Shown here piece after piece: positions 26,954 through 35,914 of a stretch of 64,000 nucleotides of DNA; the first letter of the stretch is position 1; each line of letters begins with the position of its first letter. A program made the position numbers and the translations under genes. Under the pieces are notes generated by a model, which was given only the letters and a program-made list of their open reading frames with translations, was not told where the DNA came from and ran no database searches. The stretch comes from Dehalococcoidia bacterium. Its GTDB lineage: Bacteria; Chloroflexota; Dehalococcoidia; Lucifugimonadales; UBA3495. The stretch is from positions 7,808 through 71,807 of the forward strand of contig CBDCEX010000018.1 of assembly GCA_965216025.1 (NCBI GenBank), given 5' to 3'.

Positions 26954-27684
26954 AACAGGCCAACTTCGCCAAGTTCTCTTTGTAAGATCGACCGCCAGTT
27001 AGCTAACGGTTCCGTTATTAGGCTGGAGTAATCAGACGGCATCTCCACCTTGTCCTCCTTTAGCACACACACCAACTTCGGATCCCTGTCGAGTACCCGG
27101 CCCATCTCTATCATTGCATTGGGACGGGGGCGGAACACGCCCGTCGTTAGCTCCTCGTCGGCGGTAAGCACCACAATATAATAGTCCGCCTCGTTAATGG
27201 TGCTGCTCACCTTGTCGTTAACGAAGCGACCAGAATTGGGGAGATCAGCCGCCTTGTAAGCATCCACGCCGTGCTCAAAGCACCAGATCCGGATATCCTC
27301 CACGACTTGAGGCACGCGCCCCTCGCTACTACCGTGGATCACCATTATCATAGGTCGGGACTGCCGTATCTGATTGCCGCTGGGTTCGGCCTCATTGGCA
27401 ACTGATGAGTTCCATGCGTCTAGAGCCGTCCTGCCATCCTCGGTTAGGTCGAAGGCATAAATACCCTCGGACGACCAGGTGTTAGTGACGTCTGAGAACC
27501 CTCTGCTAGATCGAATCCAACCCATGTAGGACAACGTTATAGCGTCGGTGTGCTCCTGACCATTGAAGTCCAGCGTTCTAGACATCAATGTCATCAGGTC
27601 GGGGATAGATTCTCCCGCTTCCCGCGCAGCCAACTTACCAAGCAGTTCCATCAAGCGTCGTTCCTGTTCCTTACCCATCGACAT
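26950..27684 (-). CDS. protein with unknown N-terminal domain and C-terminal Cap12/PycTIR-type TIR-like domain
   Basis: The C-terminal half has IMVIHGSSEG, YYIVVLTADEEL, RPNAMIEMG and VCVLKEDKVEMPSDYS. This matches the COG4271 TIR-like nucleotide-binding family pattern (vFIVHGhd...LLTpDD...aRqNVifElG). Confidence 0.7.
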   Translation of the reverse strand: MSMGKEQERRLMELLGKLAAREAGESIPDLMTLMSRTLDFNGQEHTDAITLSYMGWIRSSRGFSDVTNTWSSEGIYAFDLTEDGRTALDAWNSSVANEAEPSGNQIRQSRPMIMVIHGSSEGRVPQVVEDIRIWCFEHGVDAYKAADLPNSGRFVNDKVSSTINEADYYIVVLTADEELTTGVFRPRPNAMIEMGRVLDRDPKLVCVLKEDKVEMPSDYSSLITEPLANWRSILQRELGEVGLL

Positions 27685-27720
27685 ATGACGGCCTCCAGTT
27701 TTCCCCGCAGCATCGGTATT

Positions 27721-28245
27721 CTACTGACGGCGATTCTTTATGGCATCTTCGACCCATCCCTCAAGGTGGTCCTTGATATAGCCGTACACGTCCTTGCTGT
27801 CCGTGTAGGGAGAGTCGTAAGCAACCACACGTTGGTTTAGAGTCTGACCGTTCTGTACTTGAACGCTCGCGAAGGGATTAGTGCCCTTGCTGGAAGATTT
27901 GCTGTCTTGGTTCAGGAGCCTGTAAATATAGATGCCCAATAGCCCCTTCTTGTCGTTCCATGCTTTCCTAATCTCATAGTCTACCCACTTTCGGCCCGCC
28001 GTCTGCGAGCCAATTAGGACTATTACGCAAGATCGGGTGCTCATCTGCTCATTGATCCATTTCTGGATAGCGGCATCGCCGCCACGCTTAACTTCCTCCC
28101 ACGCATTGCTCGAAACGGGCTCGTCGTGCTCGGTAACGCCGATGTTGCGGACTTGCCCGGCTCTCCAAGCATCATTGTCAAAGTGGAAGCTGTAGAATGT
28201 CCGTCTCTTGGGGTGATTGGTAGTCAATTCATTCTCCTTGTTCAC
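27721..28245 (-). CDS. thsB: ThsB-type TIR domain protein (Thoeris ThsB / DUF1863 family)
   Basis: RRTFYSFHFDNDAWRAGQVRN, SCVIVLIGSQTAGRKWVDYEIRKA and KGTNPF align by eye with Bacillus ThsB along most of its length, including the conserved Glu. Confidence 0.85.
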   Translation of the reverse strand: MNKENELTTNHPKRRTFYSFHFDNDAWRAGQVRNIGVTEHDEPVSSNAWEEVKRGGDAAIQKWINEQMSTRSCVIVLIGSQTAGRKWVDYEIRKAWNDKKGLLGIYIYRLLNQDSKSSSKGTNPFASVQVQNGQTLNQRVVAYDSPYTDSKDVYGYIKDHLEGWVEDAIKNRRQ

Positions 28246-28838
28246 TATTCAAGACTTGACAGGTCTTGACGTGTGTTTTCGTAGGGGAGTGCCGCTCCTT
28301 CCCGCTGCAGTGCCCTCCGGACGGTGTTGGGGGAACACTCGAAGGTCTCGGCGATACGCCGCAGGCTAGCCCCTGCTTCCCGCATCTTCCGGACCACCTC
28401 CAGCTGCCCCTGATTGAATTTCCTCGGTGGGCCCAAGGTCTTGCCCTGCTGCCGGGCCCGCTCAAGCCCCTCCCTGGTGCGCCGCCTGATGGACGCCAGC
28501 TCCTGGTCGGCGACCCAGGCGGCAAACATCATAAGAACCTGGCCGAAGAAGGCCTCTGGGTTGCCCTCGTCGGCCTCCAGGTACTTCGTCCACTGGGCCT
28601 CAGTCTCGGCCAGGGAGCGAACCTTCACGCCCCGGTCACGCAGTTCACCGATGGACCGGATGGTGTCAGGCCAGCGCCGGCCGATGCGGGCGATGGCCAC
28701 CACCGCCAGGGTGTCGCCGCCGGCCAGGCGGGCGTTCAGGCGGTGCCAGCCCCGGCGCTCCTGGGAAGCGGGGTCCATGCCCGGGGCCCCCTCCTGGAGC
28801 TGCCGGCTGGTGCGGATGTAACCGTAAATCTGTGCCAT
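28245..28838 (-). CDS. small serine recombinase (resolvase/invertase family)
   Basis: N-terminal YGYIRTSRQLQ (catalytic Ser region), GDTLAVVAIARIGR, and C-terminal HTH ASLRRIAETFECSPNTVRRAL. Its stop overlaps the thsB start by 1 nt. Confidence 0.8.
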   Translation of the reverse strand: MAQIYGYIRTSRQLQEGAPGMDPASQERRGWHRLNARLAGGDTLAVVAIARIGRRWPDTIRSIGELRDRGVKVRSLAETEAQWTKYLEADEGNPEAFFGQVLMMFAAWVADQELASIRRRTREGLERARQQGKTLGPPRKFNQGQLEVVRKMREAGASLRRIAETFECSPNTVRRALQREGAALPYENTRQDLSSLE

Positions 28839-29085
28839 GCCGGGAGTATGCGTTTATTGCACGGCTCCCGCAATGGGGAAATGCCAGTGTTTGGGGGGTG
28901 TGCAATACTCCCCTTTTAGGGAACACTGGAAGGACAGGACAGTCCCGACAGTCCGCTGCACCGGCGCGGGTGGGCATCGCATCGCTGGCTCCGTCCGAGT
29001 CCTGGATCCACACCCTCAGCGCCCCCTACCGAAGTCGCGCAAATGGTGGACGAGATTGTGCTGCGGGTGAGGGACTGCTGGGCGG

Positions 29086-29358
29086 CGCAGGCGGAAAGGT
29101 GCGGGACCTGACCGACGGCTGCGTGGACTACCCCCCCTCGAGGCCATCGGCCTCAAGACCACCGCCGAGCAGTGCTACCAGATGCTGCGGGCCGGCGGCA
29201 CCGCCACCATCATCGACATAATTCCCGAAGGCACCAAAATCGAGTGGCTGAAGCTGGATGAACTGGTATCGCAGCACATGAAGGTGGAGCAGATGAAAGA
29301 AGCCCCCGCCGACATGAAGGCCGGGAACGTGGCGCGGAGCATGATTATGTTTGAGTAG
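29086..29358 (+). pseudogene. remnant of a zinc-type (MDR) alcohol dehydrogenase C-terminus
   Basis: The frame ending at 29358 reads KVRDLTDGCVDY..EAIGLKTTAEQCYQMLRAGGTATIID...ADMKAGNVARSMIMFE, with an internal deletion and no N-terminal part. Confidence 0.45.
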
Positions 29359-29468
29359 GGGGAGTCCTTCCGGCCGAAAGGCCGGTTAGGATTCGTCATT
29401 GAGCGGGCGGACGTTCCAAACGAGCGGTTCGTCCGTTTCTGCGTCTAGGGTTCAGTTGGAGGGGTTGT

Positions 29469-30059
29469 TCACAGGTTGATGAGCGGACCCTGACCGATCA
29501 CAGCTAGAATCCGGTTCTTTAATCTCTCTCGCAAATCTTGATGAGTTTCCCAGTCTATGTGGCTGTAATGGGAAGTGTCGAAGTGCAAGGTTTTCATTGA
29601 CTTCTTGGCGCACATGAATATGACGGGGATGTTGAGCCCGTGGGCGAATCCAGCTTCGTAGTAGACGCTGCCCCTAGCCCCGTCAGTTCCATGGGTAAAG
29701 TCGGCAACCAAAAATCTGGATTTCCGAATTTCGGCTATGATTTCATCTTCGATCCTATTGATGTGATCCTTCCGGTTGAGTATTAGGGGTTTGAATCCAG
29801 CGTCTTTGATCCCTAGCTCTATCCCATGCTCGTAAACTTCAGTCATGCTGTCGTGGAACCACATCGCTACGAAGGCTTGGGTTAAGTCGGTATTGGCTGC
29901 TTGGTCGGCGATATGTGCATGCCCCGCTACTGTGACGTACACGTTCCCTTGGCCGCCCGACATGAAATCACCGGTTATCCAACCCCTTTCTCTTAGAACC
30001 TGTTTACGATCTCTGAAATATGATAAGTTGAGACGATTACCGGAGGGAGGGGTAATCAT
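29469..30059 (-). pseudogene. C-terminal half of a wH-like / nucleoside 2-deoxyribosyltransferase(TIR)-fold protein split by IS5
   Basis: AFVAMWFHDSM...IIAEIRKSRFLVADFTHG...SVYYEAGFAHGLNIPVIFMC fits the NDT/TIR-like Rossmannoid pattern. The apparent N-terminus (MITPPSG) is read out of the IS5 end. Confidence 0.6.
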
Positions 30060-30861
30060 GTCTCATTCCTATCCCAGCGACATCAGCCGGGAGCAATTTG
30101 CCCGGATTCTGCCGGATTTGGAGTCGGCCCGACGCCGGACCAAGCCCCGCACCGTGGACTTGTACGACGTTTTCTGCGGGGTGCTCTATCTTTTAAAAAG
30201 CGGGTGCCAGTGGCGGATGCTCCCTGCGGACTTCCCCAATTGGGGCACCTGCTACAAGTATTTCCAGCAATGGAGCCAGCGGCCTGACCCAGAGCAAGAG
30301 TCTATTCTGGAGCAGGTCTTAAAAAAAATTGGTTGGCGCGGCCCGGAGAAGCAATGGTCGGAAAGAGCAGACCAGCTTCTGCATCGTGGACTCCCAGAGC
30401 GTCAAGAACACGGACAGCGCCGAGCAGAAGGGCTATGACGCGGGCAAGAAGGTGTCGGGAATCAAGCGTCACATCGCGGTGGATACTCAGGGATTGCCCC
30501 ATGCGATCCACGTGACTACCGCGAACGTCACCGACCGGGCTGGGGCTTTGGCGATGTTTGACCAGCGGCGGGACGGCCTCAGCTTGGTGCAGAACGTGCT
30601 GGTGGACGGGGGTACACTGGGGATCCCTTTGCCGCTGGGGTGCAGAGCCTGCTGGGAGCGTCGGTGGAGGTGGTGAAACGCAATGAGATGCACACCTTCG
30701 TAGTGCTGCCGAAGCGATGGGTGGTGGAGCGGTCTTTTGCCTGGCTGGAAAAGTGCCGCCGACTCTGGAAGAACTGCGAAAGAAAGCTAAATACCAGCCT
30801 GCAAATGGTGGTGCTTGCCTTCGCGGCGCTAATCCTGAAGAGATTGCAAACAGGCTCTTAG
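30058..30861 (+). mobile_element. IS5-family element; transposase in three frames (A8 slippery run plus a second frameshift)
   Basis: MSHSYPSDISREQFARILPDL...CQWRMLP | VDSQSVKNTDSAEQKGYDAGKKVSGIKRHIAVDTQGLPHAI | [28 protein letters not shown]. The first shift is at the A8 run (30321-30328). The second is about 30610-30620, where GGYTG reads GGTLG. Confidence 0.8.
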
Positions 30862-31293
30862 GTACTCTAGGAAGTAATCGACTTCGTCCCATTTGGTCGA
30901 CTCACTCCAGGCAAAGGCACCATATTCACCTTCATCGATCCAAACTCGATTTGCGACGGTTTGTGATTGTCGGGCGATGAATCGAAGGAGTCGGGTCGCT
31001 CGCTCGTGTACTTGGAGGGGCTGTCTCGCTTTGACTGACTCTACCACAGCGTCAGTTATTGAGGGCATATGTACTCCCTGCGATCTTTGGTCAACCAACC
31101 AAGTAGTGAGCTTGGCCCTCTGCTCTACCGATAACTCATTAAGTGAGACGTCCATTGCAAGGTGGTAACCCCCACCGGTACGAGGAGAGTCATAACTGCC
31201 CCACGTGATGCTGGATCGGGATTCGATCAATTGGGTTGTCGCCCCTTCCAAAGGGGTGCCCCAAATGGGGCAAGTTTGTAAATTAGATCTCAT
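30829..31293 (-). pseudogene. N-terminal half of the gene split by IS5
   Basis: The ORF ends ...WDEVDYFLEYL, followed by residues read from the IS5 end. It has the same strand and order as 29469..30059. Confidence 0.5.
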
Positions 31294-31611
31294 CTAAAAA
31301 CCCCCGATTGTTCTCGTCGGTGTATAGGTATGTACGAGAAAGCTGATATTCGCTCACCTTACCCACAAGCTGCAGGCCTCCACCAGTTTGGCCAGCCCCC
31401 CGGCCGCAGGCCCGTGGATTGAGCGGCTTCAGAATTCCCACGGGGGTTGGATGGAATCGCCCCATTCCCCGATGAGCATGGGGTCCAGCCTGTTTATCCC
31501 GGGCAGGCGGTCGAAGTATTCCGGGGTGTCGTCGAACCGGCACCCTGGGGGGCCGAAGGGGAGCTCCCCGTCCTGGGAGAGGGCGTCCAGGTTATTGCTG
31601 CTGGCCATTGC

Positions 31612-31968
31612 TCAGAGCCGCTCCGCTTCTACCGGCACCAGTAGTTGTCCCACTGGGTCCACTGCCAGCAGGGCGTCCTCCAGCGTGACCACTCCCAGCA
31701 GGCTGGGTTCATTTTCCTCTGCGAATATCACCTGTGTTGCGAAGGTCTGGTCCTCCAGCCTGACCACTGTCCAGCCTATGTCCACTGGGACCGAGCTTCC
31801 GTCGGCCAGCCGGGACCGGGCTGAGCGTCTCACTGGCACTCCCAGCCTCTGCAGTAGCGCTCTGGGCACGGCCGTGAAGGTTGACCCGGTGTCCACAGTC
31901 ACCTCGAGGTCCTCGAACTGCCTGCCCTGCTGGTCTCCGACACCTATGGTTACAACCAGTTTTCCCAC
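31612..31968 (-). CDS. retropepsin-like (clan AA) aspartic protease
   Basis: VTVDTGSTFTAVPRALLQRLGV contains the DTG(S/T) active-site motif in a ~120-aa protein. Confidence 0.7.
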   Translation of the reverse strand: MGKLVVTIGVGDQQGRQFEDLEVTVDTGSTFTAVPRALLQRLGVPVRRSARSRLADGSSVPVDIGWTVVRLEDQTFATQVIFAEENEPSLLGVVTLEDALLAVDPVGQLLVPVEAERL

Positions 31969-32074
31969 TGTGGCCTCTCCTTGAAATCGAGTCGAGTTCC
32001 GCCTTGGGTGCTCGCCGTTTTGTTGCTCGTTATTGAGACTGGAGAATGCTAAACCAAAGCCAAGGCGGGGGACT

Positions 32075-32497
32075 TCAGCCGTGCTGTTGTTGGCTGAAGG
32101 GGTTGATGACTCTCAGTCCCCCGTAGTCCTGCTGGTCGTTCATGTCCTCGGAGTAGACCGCCTCGCACCTGATGACGCCTGCTGCCGCGAGTATCGCGGC
32201 GTCCCAGTAGGATATGCCGAAGCGGTCGCTGAGTTCCGTCGCCCTCCGGAAGACCTCGGTTGTGACCGGTTGCACGGGCACTTCCGCCAGCCCTTCTATG
32301 AACCTCATGGCCTCATCGTGGCTCAGCCTGTTGGGCCGGGACCGCCGGGTGGCCTGGTAGTAAAACTCCTGCAGGACCTGGACCGAGAGGGCCAGCGAGT
32401 CCTCTCCCAGGACCTCGATGGCCCTGGCGCGCTTGCCGGCCTCCGCCGGGTCCGCGCTGACGGCGTAGAGGAGGATGTTGGAGTCAACGAGGCGCAT
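32075..32497 (-). CDS. vapC: PIN-domain toxin VapC
   Basis: MRLVDSNILLYAV... has the conserved acidic residues, and ...SYWDAAILAAA. It overlaps the upstream RHH gene by 14 nt. Confidence 0.85.
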   Translation of the reverse strand: MRLVDSNILLYAVSADPAEAGKRARAIEVLGEDSLALSVQVLQEFYYQATRRSRPNRLSHDEAMRFIEGLAEVPVQPVTTEVFRRATELSDRFGISYWDAAILAAAGVIRCEAVYSEDMNDQQDYGGLRVINPFSQQQHG

Positions 32498-32774
32498 TGC
32501 GTTGGTACATCTCCTCTCTGGTCAGGTTGCCGGTCATGGAGATCCCGACCCCCTTGTGGTGGAATTCTTCCGTTATCTCGGCCAGTCTGCGGCGGCGTCT
32601 TTCGGGCTCCGTTTCCCCCGTGTTCCCTTGAGCCCCGTTGTTTATGACGCCCAGCATGTGGTCCCTGATCATTGCCGATACGGAGGTTCCCTGCTCGGCC
32701 GCCATGATCCGCAGTCGCCGGTGGGTCTCGTCGTCCATGCTGACGCTGACGTTCTTCATCTCTTCCGCTGCCAC
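32484..32774 (-). CDS. vapB: ribbon-helix-helix antitoxin (VapB/CopG type)
   Basis: MKNVSVSMDDETHRRLRIMAAEQGTSVSAMIRDHM is an RHH pattern. The start may be at 32759. Confidence 0.75.
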   Translation of the reverse strand: MAAEEMKNVSVSMDDETHRRLRIMAAEQGTSVSAMIRDHMLGVINNGAQGNTGETEPERRRRRLAEITEEFHHKGVGISMTGNLTREEMYQRNAPR

Positions 32775-32878
32775 TATTTTAGTGAATCACTAATATCCTT
32801 GCAGGAGTTTACCTGCTTTCCCTCCCCGCTGCCAACTTGGCTTCTGTGGTTCCCTGGCTCTTCTCAGCATTTCTGCAG

Positions 32879-33480
32879 CTACAGTACCGTCTCCATCTGA
32901 GATGGCCTGCCAGGCAACTCCTGTCGTCCTGGCTGAGAGCGGCTCTGCAATCGTCCTGCAAGGTTTTGGTTGCGTCCTATTTTTTGTGCAAAGCCGGTTC
33001 GCCTTGTCTCTTTATCCGCGGCCCTCCGCTCGGCATAGCTGCGCCCGGGGGACTGCCGGTGTTGCTCGGCGCAGCTGAAGCAGCGCGTCTGGCCCGGTAT
33101 GGCCGGCTTGCTACAGTTCTGGCACTTGCCAAGCAGCTTGGCCTTCTGTCTCTGTTCCTCACCCGACCCCGCGATGTCCCGTCCCCGGTCCTCGCCGTCG
33201 ATGCGGGAGAACTTCCTGAACAGGTGCGGTAGGCGCTCGGCGGGCACGCCCACGCCGTCGTCGGCGACCGAGAGGGCGACGGACGCCATCGCGCACGGCG
33301 GCGACCCGGATGGCGGACAGCTCGTTCGAGTGCCGGGCCGCATTGGACAGCAGGTTGTTCAGCACCTGGACGATGCGCCGCCGGTCCGCCAGGACCCGGG
33401 GCAGGTCGGGCGGAATATCAATAACCAGGTTACTCCTGCCGCCCCTGCTCTGGAACCTGCTCCTAGCCTCGTCCACCAGG
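32879..33480 (-). pseudogene. histidine kinase remnant (HATPase_c only, frameshifted, truncated)
   Basis: N-box IVQVLNNLLSNAARHS sits in one frame and G1 box VADDGVGVP...LFRKFSRIDGED in another. The HisKA/sensor parts are absent, and homology ends after GSG. Confidence 0.6.
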
Positions 33481-33608
33481 ACACCTTCACCATTCCGGTG
33501 GCTCAGGACGCCGGTATCGGGGCCGCCAATCTCCCGGTGCGCTCCAGGCGGTCGGAGAGGGAGCGGACGCGCATTCTCGCGGTGGACGACGACCCGCAGA
33601 CGCTTAGG

Positions 33609-34900
33609 GATTGTCACGAAATAATTAGTTCAATTGAGCAGCGCAACGCGGGGTAGCAGCGAATAATTCCATTCACCATGGAAAGAGTCTCTACGCAAAT
33701 AGATGGCTTCGAGTTCGTCGTCCGATACGGTGCGCCCGGCCGGGTATCGGTTGGTGTCCAGTTGGCTCTGAACCCGCAGCCCCGTCCGGGTCGTGGTCGC
33801 CCCGATCAAGTTCACCACCACCTCGTGGCTCACCAGCGGCTTTCCGCGCCAGTTCTGACTGATCGCGGAGAACAAGCGGTGTTCGATCTTGTTCCACTTG
33901 CTGGTCCCTGGTGGGAGGTGGCACACGTCGATTTCAAGGCCCGTCTCATCCGCCAATTTCTGCAACTCCAGCTTCCACAAGCGGAGCCGATACCCATTGC
34001 TGCCGCCCGCGTCGGCCGTTATCAGCAGCCGAGTGGCGCTCGGGTAGAGCGCCTGCCCCATGCCGCGCCACCAACGCCGGATGCTCTCGACGGCAAAAGC
34101 AGCCGTATCGTGGTCCGTCCCCACACTGACCCAGGCCTCGTTCTGGGCGATATCGTACACCCCATAAGGACTGACCCGGCCCAGATCCGGAATCAGGAAG
34201 TCATGCACCAGCACTTGCTCCGGCGCTCCCTTGGGACGCAACTCCCGCCCACCGTTCTTGAAGGGCCCCACCAGTTCCTTCTTCTTCGTGTCCACGGAGA
34301 TCACCGGCTCTCCCAGGGAGAGTTGCAGTTGCACCGCCCGGTCCAAGTGCTCAAACTGGGCGTTGCGGTCCGGGTGTTCCGTCCCCGCCAGGGTCTTGCG
34401 ATTGGCTTGCAAGCTATAGCCCATGTCGTGGAGCAGTTCGGCGACCATGCGATGGCTGACTTGGTGCCCTTGGCGCTTCAATGCCACCGCCAGTTGACGC
34501 ACGCTCTTGCAGGTCCAGCGCAGCGGGGACTCGGGATCCCCACGGCTGGTCGGCTCCACCAGCCGGTCCAAGTCCTCGCGCAAGCTCGGGTCATGCTCGA
34601 CGGTGCGCTTCCGGCCGCCTCCAGGATGGCGGATGCGGCCCTTCGCGGCCCCTACGGCCGGCTGGCCCAACTCCCGTATGCCGCGGCGAATCGTCCCGCG
34701 AGAAGCTCCGGTGGCCCTTGCAACCGCTGCCTGGCCACCACGCCCGGCCGCCGACGCCTCAGCGGCAAGCACCAGCCGCCGCACCCGCTCGTCCACAACG
34801 GGGGCAATCGCTTGGTAACGAGCTTGAATCGCTCCTTCAACTATCACCCATTAAGTATAGCTGAGCATGTAGTAAAGGTCAAGTTATTTCGTGACAGTGC
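33609..34900 (-). mobile_element. ISAzo13-family insertion sequence
   Basis: Ends gattgtcacgaaataa and ttatttcgtgacagtgc are inverted. A direct repeat cttagg lies at 33603-33608 and 34901-34906. Confidence 0.8.
33630..34847 (-). CDS. ISAzo13-family transposase
   Basis: ISVDTKKKELVGPFKNGG...LLITADAGGSNGYRLRLWK...CHLPPGTSKWNKIEHRLFS is the characteristic pattern. Confidence 0.85.
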   Translation of the reverse strand: MIVEGAIQARYQAIAPVVDERVRRLVLAAEASAAGRGGQAAVARATGASRGTIRRGIRELGQPAVGAAKGRIRHPGGGRKRTVEHDPSLREDLDRLVEPTSRGDPESPLRWTCKSVRQLAVALKRQGHQVSHRMVAELLHDMGYSLQANRKTLAGTEHPDRNAQFEHLDRAVQLQLSLGEPVISVDTKKKELVGPFKNGGRELRPKGAPEQVLVHDFLIPDLGRVSPYGVYDIAQNEAWVSVGTDHDTAAFAVESIRRWWRGMGQALYPSATRLLITADAGGSNGYRLRLWKLELQKLADETGLEIDVCHLPPGTSKWNKIEHRLFSAISQNWRGKPLVSHEVVVNLIGATTTRTGLRVQSQLDTNRYPAGRTVSDDELEAIYLRRDSFHGEWNYSLLPRVALLN

Positions 34901-35164
34901 CTTAGGCACGTCCGGGACGCGCTCACGAATGCTGGCTACGCCCCTGTTGTAACCGGAGACCGGGAGGAGGCGCTCAGCCTGGTGGAGGCGAACGACCCCC
35001 ACCTGGTGCTGCTGGACCTGATGCTGCCTGGGACCGACGGAATCGAGCTGATGCGGGGCATCCTCGACATGGCGGACGTTCCGGTCATCTTCCTGTCAGC
35101 CTACGGCCAGGAAGAGACCATCGCCAGGGCCCTGCCCAGGAAGGCGAAGGCCGAGACGTGGCCG

Positions 35165-35685
35165 TCCAGGACAAGCCTCGGCGGTCTCGGCCGGGTAGGC
35201 CTTGACGAAGCATCCGTCGCTGTGGGGCAGGTCCAGGACGAAGTAGTGGGCCTTCCGCTCCACCCCGCCGATGATCACCAGGGCCACGCCCAGTGCGACT
35301 TTGGCGAGGCCCGGCGGATGAGACAGAGGGACGAACATCTCCTGCGACCGGCGGCGATGCTCCCTTACGTAGTCCTTGACTATGGTGTACTGGCCGCCGA
35401 ACCCATGCTCGTCCCTGAGCCGCTGGAAGATCCGCTGGGCTGTGTGGCGCTGCTTCCTGGGACGCCTGAGGTCGTCTAGCAGGATTTGGTCGATGACGGC
35501 GGTGAAGGGCTCCAGCTTAGGACGCCGGGGCGGAGTCTGCCGCCGGTAGCCCGGCGCGCTGAGTAGGCCAGAATCTTGCGCACCGTGTCCCGGTGCAGGC
35601 CGAACACCCGGGAGACCTCCCGGATGCTCATCCCATCCACCATCACCGCCCGTCGGATCCGTAGATACACGTCCACCTGGTACAT
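35165..35685 (-). pseudogene. istA: IS21 IstA transposase, N-terminal fragment with frameshift
   Basis: MYQVDVYLRIRRAVMVDGMSIREVSRVFGLHRDTVRKIL (HTH), then in another frame PKLEPFTAVIDQILLDD...YTIVKDYVREHRRR...HYFVLDLPHSDGCFVKAYPAETAEA. Confidence 0.7.
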
Positions 35686-35889
35686 CCATCCCACCACCCA
35701 TAAGCACGACTTCGAACCTATGGATGGCAGAGGACGGTACATTTTTCAACCGCCACAATGTCAGGCAGTCAATCCGTCCAGGTGGTCCACTTTACCTCCG
35801 CCTTTTACACGTGCTGTCTGAAGCATGGGAGGCCGAGCAAGACTCTCATATTCCTCGCGCGCCTACACCGCTAGCTTGAACCTCAAGGT

Positions 35890-35914
35890 GAAGGTTCTTG
35901 ATTTTTGTCAAGTT
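35890..35914 (+). repeat. partial third copy of the outer end of the 87-bp repeat, upstream of the IS21 istA remnant
   Basis: gaaggttcttgatttttgtcaagtt versus gaaggttcttgattttgtccagtt at 5381. About 205 bp upstream of the istA start on the minus strand. Confidence 0.6.

Larger units (their letters stand above)
33537..35130 (+). pseudogene. response regulator receiver gene interrupted by ISAzo13 and 3'-truncated by an IS21 remnant
   Basis: ...RILAVDDDPQTLR (ends 33608) continues at 34907 as HVRDALTNAGYAPVVTGDREEALSLVEANDPHLVLLDLMLPGTDGIELM...VIFLSAYGQEETIARAL. Confidence 0.7.
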
